From IMG/VR virus record IMGVR_UViG_3300037560_000199: a stretch of 20,000 bases of DNA; one strand, given 5' to 3'. Position 1 is the stretch's first letter; every line of letters starts with the position of its first letter. Source of the DNA: an uncultured virus (IMG/VR IMGVR_UViG_3300037560_000199) (Duplodnaviria; Heunggongvirae; Uroviricota; Caudoviricetes). Shown here piece by piece: positions 15,946 to 20,000 of the stretch. The notes under the pieces are model-generated. The model was not told the origin of the DNA. It saw nothing but the letters and a program-made list of their open reading frames with translations, and searched no databases. Position numbers and translations under genes: made by a program.

Positions 15946-17363
15946 GCGGACTTCCTTTCACAGGCTTCTTGAACTCTTCGCGCAGCCTTTCGAGTTGCAC
16001 GCTTACGCTCCTGTGTTTTCGTTTCGCGGTACTTGTCGAGGACGAGCGCTGCGAAATCCTTCTTGCGCGAGATCGCTTCAAAAAATTCCTCCTCGATGGT
16101 GTCTCGTGCCATCAGAAAGTGATAGTTGACCTGCGTGGTGCGCTCCATGTTCATGATGCGAAAGCGCGACTGCTCGAACGTGATGTAGGAGTGGTCCCAC
16201 GAGTAGAAGATGTAGGTGTTGGCATCGGAGAGATCGAAACCGAGACCGCTCTTTACCTGCAGCACGATCACGTCGGTGTCGAACTCACCATCGAATTCGG
16301 ACGAACCTGAGATTTCTTTGTGAGTCCACTTGAATTCACGGAGTAGCTCGTTGATGGCTTGGATCTCATGAGTGAAGCGTGCGCAGATGACGAGCTTGCG
16401 ATCATCCATGCCAGAGAGTATTCCCATGAGACAGGTGAGCTTCTCATCACCCGTGGGTACTACGAAGCGTTTGCGCTTCTTCCTACCAGGGACTCGTGGC
16501 TCCAGCATCAGCAGGAATCCACCGCAGATCTGCTGCAGCTTCTGGATCTTGGTGACAGGTAGTGGTGCTTCGATGTCGAGCCCATCAACGAAGACCTGCA
16601 TCTCCTTGTCCATCGAGTCGTACAGTCGTCGTGACTTCTTGTTGAGATCGAAGTAGACCTTGCGCTTGCGTATCGTGACTGGCTTCTTGCCCATGGCGAC
16701 ACGTGCCTCGTTGAATGTTATTCGATAGCTGTACTTGTGGATGATCTCCAGCAGCTCAGGTCCACGCTGATAGCCCACAATAGTTTTGTACCGGCGACCA
16801 TCCCTGCGTTCCTTCTCATCGTAGAGCACGTAGCGATTCTTGAAGTCATCGAACGTGCCGAATGCTATCTGATGCTGAATGAAATCATAGATTGCCCAGT
16901 ACTGCTCGTAGCCTTTGTCGGCAGGCGTGCCTGTCAATGCGAGTCGCCACTGTGCACGCTTGCCAATGGTGCGCACGAACCGCGACTGTGCAGTCCCTGG
17001 CTTCTTGATCATGTGTGCTTCGTCAGCGATCACCATCAACGTGCCACCCATAGCTGCGAAGTCCTTCGTCCACTTGTACCAGTGACCTCGCAGCTTCAGG
17101 TTTTTGACAGGCTCCTGATACGTGATGATGTAGAACTCACAACCCCAGTCGTTGAAGAGATGCTTGTCGATCTCACTTTCCCAAGTGTCCGCTGCCTTCT
17201 TCGGGCAGACGATGATCACAACATCAGGCTGGTGGTGATCCACGATAGCCAATGCGATCAGGCATTTGCCTGTACGTTGCTCAGGAAACAAAGCGAAGCC
17301 GCTGTGCTCAAGGGCAGCAGCAACGGCATCACTTTGATACGAGCGAAGCTCAGTTCGGAGCAC
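15942..17363 (-). CDS. SNF2-like superfamily 2 helicase
   Basis: Q-motif LRSYQ, motif I EQRTGKC, Ia IVCPK, II DEAH, III LTGTP, KLQQICGG, V GLGFDL. GTG start coupled to the upstream TAG. Confidence 0.85.
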   Translation of the reverse strand: MLRTELRSYQSDAVAAALEHSGFALFPEQRTGKCLIALAIVDHHQPDVVIIVCPKKAADTWESEIDKHLFNDWGCEFYIITYQEPVKNLKLRGHWYKWTKDFAAMGGTLMVIADEAHMIKKPGTAQSRFVRTIGKRAQWRLALTGTPADKGYEQYWAIYDFIQHQIAFGTFDDFKNRYVLYDEKERRDGRRYKTIVGYQRGPELLEIIHKYSYRITFNEARVAMGKKPVTIRKRKVYFDLNKKSRRLYDSMDKEMQVFVDGLDIEAPLPVTKIQKLQQICGGFLLMLEPRVPGRKKRKRFVVPTGDEKLTCLMGILSGMDDRKLVICARFTHEIQAINELLREFKWTHKEISGSSEFDGEFDTDVIVLQVKSGLGFDLSDANTYIFYSWDHSYITFEQSRFRIMNMERTTQVNYHFLMARDTIEEEFFEAISRKKDFAALVLDKYRETKTQERKRATRKAARRVQEACERKSA

Positions 17364-18142
17364 TATTCTTTAGTCAACTCGCTGACTGGAATTTCCCACT
17401 CGCTCTCTTCGTCATCGACTACGGTTGCAAGCTCACCGTCGATGCCTTCGATCACCCCACCAGTCTCTTCCCCATCCTCATCCAGAAAGGTGACTCGGGC
17501 ACCGGGACGAAGCACTGCTGACTTCTTCTTCTTGGCTGGTGCCTTCGCTTTGGACTTGCGTTTCTTGGGAGCAGGCTCTTCTTCTTCCTCTTCCTCTTCC
17601 TCTTCCTCCTCCTCTTCTTCGACCTCTTCTTCTTCGACTTCCTCCTCCTCGCCTTCGTCCTCTCCACCGATCACGGACTCAGCAACATCCGTAGGCATGT
17701 AGCCAACCACTTTCGGACGATCCCTGTTCTGGTACTCCTCATTGATGATCTCGATACCACAGGCTGCTCCATCGAGCGCATCGATGTCGAGGTCGTACTC
17801 TGCGTCAGGAACTTCGTAGCCTACGCACTCCAGCATCGTGCGAAGGACCCACAGTGACTGCGGCAACAACGAGAAGTTGTCGAACACAGTTGATCCGATG
17901 TTCGTTCTCCATCGCACTGCGAGGTAGTCATTGCCTTCCTGGCTCACCTCCTGCTCGATGCTCTTGATCTCAGCCGTGTAGGTTCCATCCGGTGTCACCA
18001 TCCCTCCACCAGACTCGACGTCGGTGAAATCGACAGTGATTACATTGGCTGCTCGTCGTCCCCGCTTTTTCTTAGCAGGTGCTTTCTTCGATGGCGCTTT
18101 GCGGCGCGTGCTTGCTACTGCTTTCTTCTTCGCTCGCGGCAT
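17363..18142 (-). CDS. DUF669-like phage single-stranded DNA-binding protein with basic N-tail, poly-Glu linker and extra C-terminal domain
   Basis: PDGTYTAEI...GNDYL...VFDNFSL...LWVLRTML..VG...EEY core; position between the Sak4-like ATPase and the helicase. Confidence 0.7.
   Translation of the reverse strand: MPRAKKKAVASTRRKAPSKKAPAKKKRGRRAANVITVDFTDVESGGGMVTPDGTYTAEIKSIEQEVSQEGNDYLAVRWRTNIGSTVFDNFSLLPQSLWVLRTMLECVGYEVPDAEYDLDIDALDGAACGIEIINEEYQNRDRPKVVGYMPTDVAESVIGGEDEGEEEEVEEEEVEEEEEEEEEEEEEEEPAPKKRKSKAKAPAKKKKSAVLRPGARVTFLDEDGEETGGVIEGIDGELATVVDDEESEWEIPVSELTKE
17575..17665 (-). repeat. Low-complexity GAA/GAG tract encoding poly-Glu
   Basis: (ttc/ctc)n on the + strand; encodes EDEGEEEEVEEEEVEEEEEEEEEEEEEEE. 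Confidence 0.9.
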
Positions 18143-18993
18143 TAGGATTTTCTCCTTGCTTTACGTTTTGGTTTAATACCTGCCGTCAGATCTTTGATCT
18201 TCTGAAAGGTGGGGTCCACGATCACATTCGGCAGAGCACCTGCACTAGCAGGTCGCCGGATCTTGGTCGCGTAGTACTGTTGGGGTCCGATGCGCATGCA
18301 GTACTCAGCAACTGCTTCCTGCTCATCTCCTTCGCCTTCCCAACGCTCACGGATGAACGTGCCGCCAATGGTATCGACTGCACCTTCAATGAAAGTCACC
18401 ACACTAGGAATTACACGAGCACTGATGTTGGGGACGATCACGTCTGCTTCTTCATCAGTGTCGCTGTCAAAGATACGTTCATGTGCGATGAAGCACACGT
18501 TGTATTGATGCTTGAGGTCACGCATGTGTTCCAACCCTTCCTTGAACAACCCGGACATCTGTCCCCAGTTGCGAGTGCTGAACACATCATCGGCTGACTT
18601 CTTCACCTTCATGCGAACATCCGTCATGGCGAAGTCCTGCAGCGCTGTGATCTGATCGATGATGATCGACTCGTAGTGAGTGCCTGCTTCTAGCTCCCAG
18701 TACAGACGGTCGAACTGCTCCCAGTTGGTGATCATTACATGATCGATGTCGTGACGATCTGCAATGGTGTCGGTGCCCCCCTCGTTGCAGTCGATGAGCA
18801 GCGATGGTGTTGGGAACGTCGAGGCGAAGTGTGTCTTGCCTGATCCACTGCGACCGTACACCAGCATGACGATGTTGCTCTCGACTTCGGTCAGTGGTCT
18901 GGCACTGTCGAGGATCTTGCGTATGGGTGGAGCTTTGCGTCTCGCTTTCGCTTTGCGTTGAGGACCTTTCTTCTTTCGCTTTGCCATAGCCAT
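18142..18993 (-). CDS. AAA_24 / Sak4-like P-loop ATPase (phage recombination or nucleotide-binding protein)
   Basis: Walker A YGRSGSGKT, LLIDCNEGG, Walker B IIIDQIT, NWG and FIAHE motifs; flanked by exonuclease and SSB genes. Confidence 0.8.
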   Translation of the reverse strand: MAMAKRKKKGPQRKAKARRKAPPIRKILDSARPLTEVESNIVMLVYGRSGSGKTHFASTFPTPSLLIDCNEGGTDTIADRHDIDHVMITNWEQFDRLYWELEAGTHYESIIIDQITALQDFAMTDVRMKVKKSADDVFSTRNWGQMSGLFKEGLEHMRDLKHQYNVCFIAHERIFDSDTDEEADVIVPNISARVIPSVVTFIEGAVDTIGGTFIRERWEGEGDEQEAVAEYCMRIGPQQYYATKIRRPASAGALPNVIVDPTFQKIKDLTAGIKPKRKARRKS

Positions 18994-19982
18994 CAGTCGT
19001 CTCCAGTCTCCCGTTGGATGTAGTCTGCTTTGATGACGAAGTCCGTATCGTGCCCGCGTACTTCAGCCTCGCAGAGAGAACGGAATTCACAGGTGTTGCA
19101 GTTGAATGGTGACATGCTGCGTGCACAGCGTGCCGTCTTGCCTCGTTTGCCCTTGATGTCTTTGGCAGTCTCCAAGAAGTCTGCGACTACTTCTTTCACC
19201 ATGGCATCGGTGGGCTTCGGGAGGTACACCCGCTCGAAGAATGAATTATCTTTACCTTCGAGGTGCTTCAACATCTCCACGTAATCGTTGGGATCGAGCT
19301 TGTTCTCTACGAGGGTGCGCATGTAGGTGTGTGCATCGCAGTCGAGGTTCTTGCGCTGCGTCAGACCTTTGCCGCTCTTCAGCACCTCTGGCACTGTGGG
19401 TGCCTTCGAGCGTGCGTAGTCCCACAGCACACCATCGATCTCAATCTCCGGGTTTGATTTGCCCAGTCCCCAAACGTAGAGCAGCAGCTGCAGCTCACTG
19501 AACCTATCCTCTGCTGTTGGAATGGATTGCATAAATTTGTGATCAACAATCCAACGACGCTCCTGCGCATCGACTGCGATCTTGTCGATGAAGCCCGCGA
19601 AGCGCAGCTTGAGTCCAGAGATGTCGAAGTAGACAGGGACCTCTGACTTCTCGTAACGCAGTACGTCGTGTCGGTATCTGCGCAGGTAACCCTCGAAGAT
19701 TTCACCACAGTCAGCAATGATGTCACCGTAGTGCTCCTTCTCCTCCTCGAAGTAGTCTTTGAACTTCTCCGCATAGCCTGCGAGGACATCCCATGGATCA
19801 TCACCGATGTATCCCTTCACGAGCTTTGCGCGGACGTATGCGTTGAGCATCTCGTGCAGGATCTCCCCCTTGAACAAACGCATGTGTTTGCGCTGACGTT
19901 TAAGCCCGATCTTGTAACGGTACTCCCATGCCTTTTGACATCGGCGGAACGAGGAGACCTCCGAATAACTAACTGTCGGCAT
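18993..19982 (-). CDS. Cas4/RecB-like PD-(D/E)XK exonuclease with probable Fe-S cluster
   Basis: SYSEVSSFRRCQ, GEILHEML, GFIDKI..WIVDHK, QLLLYVW, and C-terminal CNTCEFRSLC (1+3 Cys pattern). Start placed at ATG 19982, 6 nt after GAGGAGG; the frame stays open to the window end. Confidence 0.85.
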   Translation of the reverse strand: MPTVSYSEVSSFRRCQKAWEYRYKIGLKRQRKHMRLFKGEILHEMLNAYVRAKLVKGYIGDDPWDVLAGYAEKFKDYFEEEKEHYGDIIADCGEIFEGYLRRYRHDVLRYEKSEVPVYFDISGLKLRFAGFIDKIAVDAQERRWIVDHKFMQSIPTAEDRFSELQLLLYVWGLGKSNPEIEIDGVLWDYARSKAPTVPEVLKSGKGLTQRKNLDCDAHTYMRTLVENKLDPNDYVEMLKHLEGKDNSFFERVYLPKPTDAMVKEVVADFLETAKDIKGKRGKTARCARSMSPFNCNTCEFRSLCEAEVRGHDTDFVIKADYIQRETGDD

Positions 19983-20000
19983 CTTCATCCTCCTCAATGA

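Noticed and set aside
16737..17702. 321-aa + strand ORF
   Set aside because: It is an antisense shadow of the helicase and SSB genes; its poly-Ser is the complement of the poly-Glu tract, and it has no recognisable motifs.
18993..19982. Cas4-like nuclease as evidence of a CRISPR-Cas system
   Set aside because: No repeat-spacer array or other cas genes are present. The exonuclease-ATPase-SSB context is a standard phage recombination module.

Overview
This 20 kb window looks like part of a tailed dsDNA phage genome, probably podovirus-like, with two convergent, tightly coupled gene blocks. The + strand (1-13235) carries the end of a virion module: a truncated head-tail adaptor, a tail/fibre-like protein, a nozzle/stabilisation-like protein, a small acidic protein, four large Gly/Ala-rich ejection (DNA-transfer)-like proteins, an isolated terminase-small-subunit-like gene and a G/Q/P/R-rich low-complexity protein. 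The - strand (13045-19982) carries a recombination/replication module (Cas4-like PD-(D/E)XK exonuclease, Sak4-like ATPase, DUF669-like SSB, SNF2-like helicase, VRR-NUC-like nuclease), followed by MazG-like, Cro-like HTH, Zn-finger and HAD-phosphatase genes. The most striking unexplained signals are: a [Y/F/M]-x-x-G-G motif repeated about 14 times across four otherwise unrelated virion proteins (possible protease or capsid-targeting tag); a quasi-palindrome at 14262-14302 that could hide an RBS in read-through mRNA but not in mRNA from an overlapping promoter; shared KAPAKKK-type basic tails on replication proteins; and a Zn-finger micro-gene at the convergence point. All assignments come from motif recognition by eye; no database searches were run.
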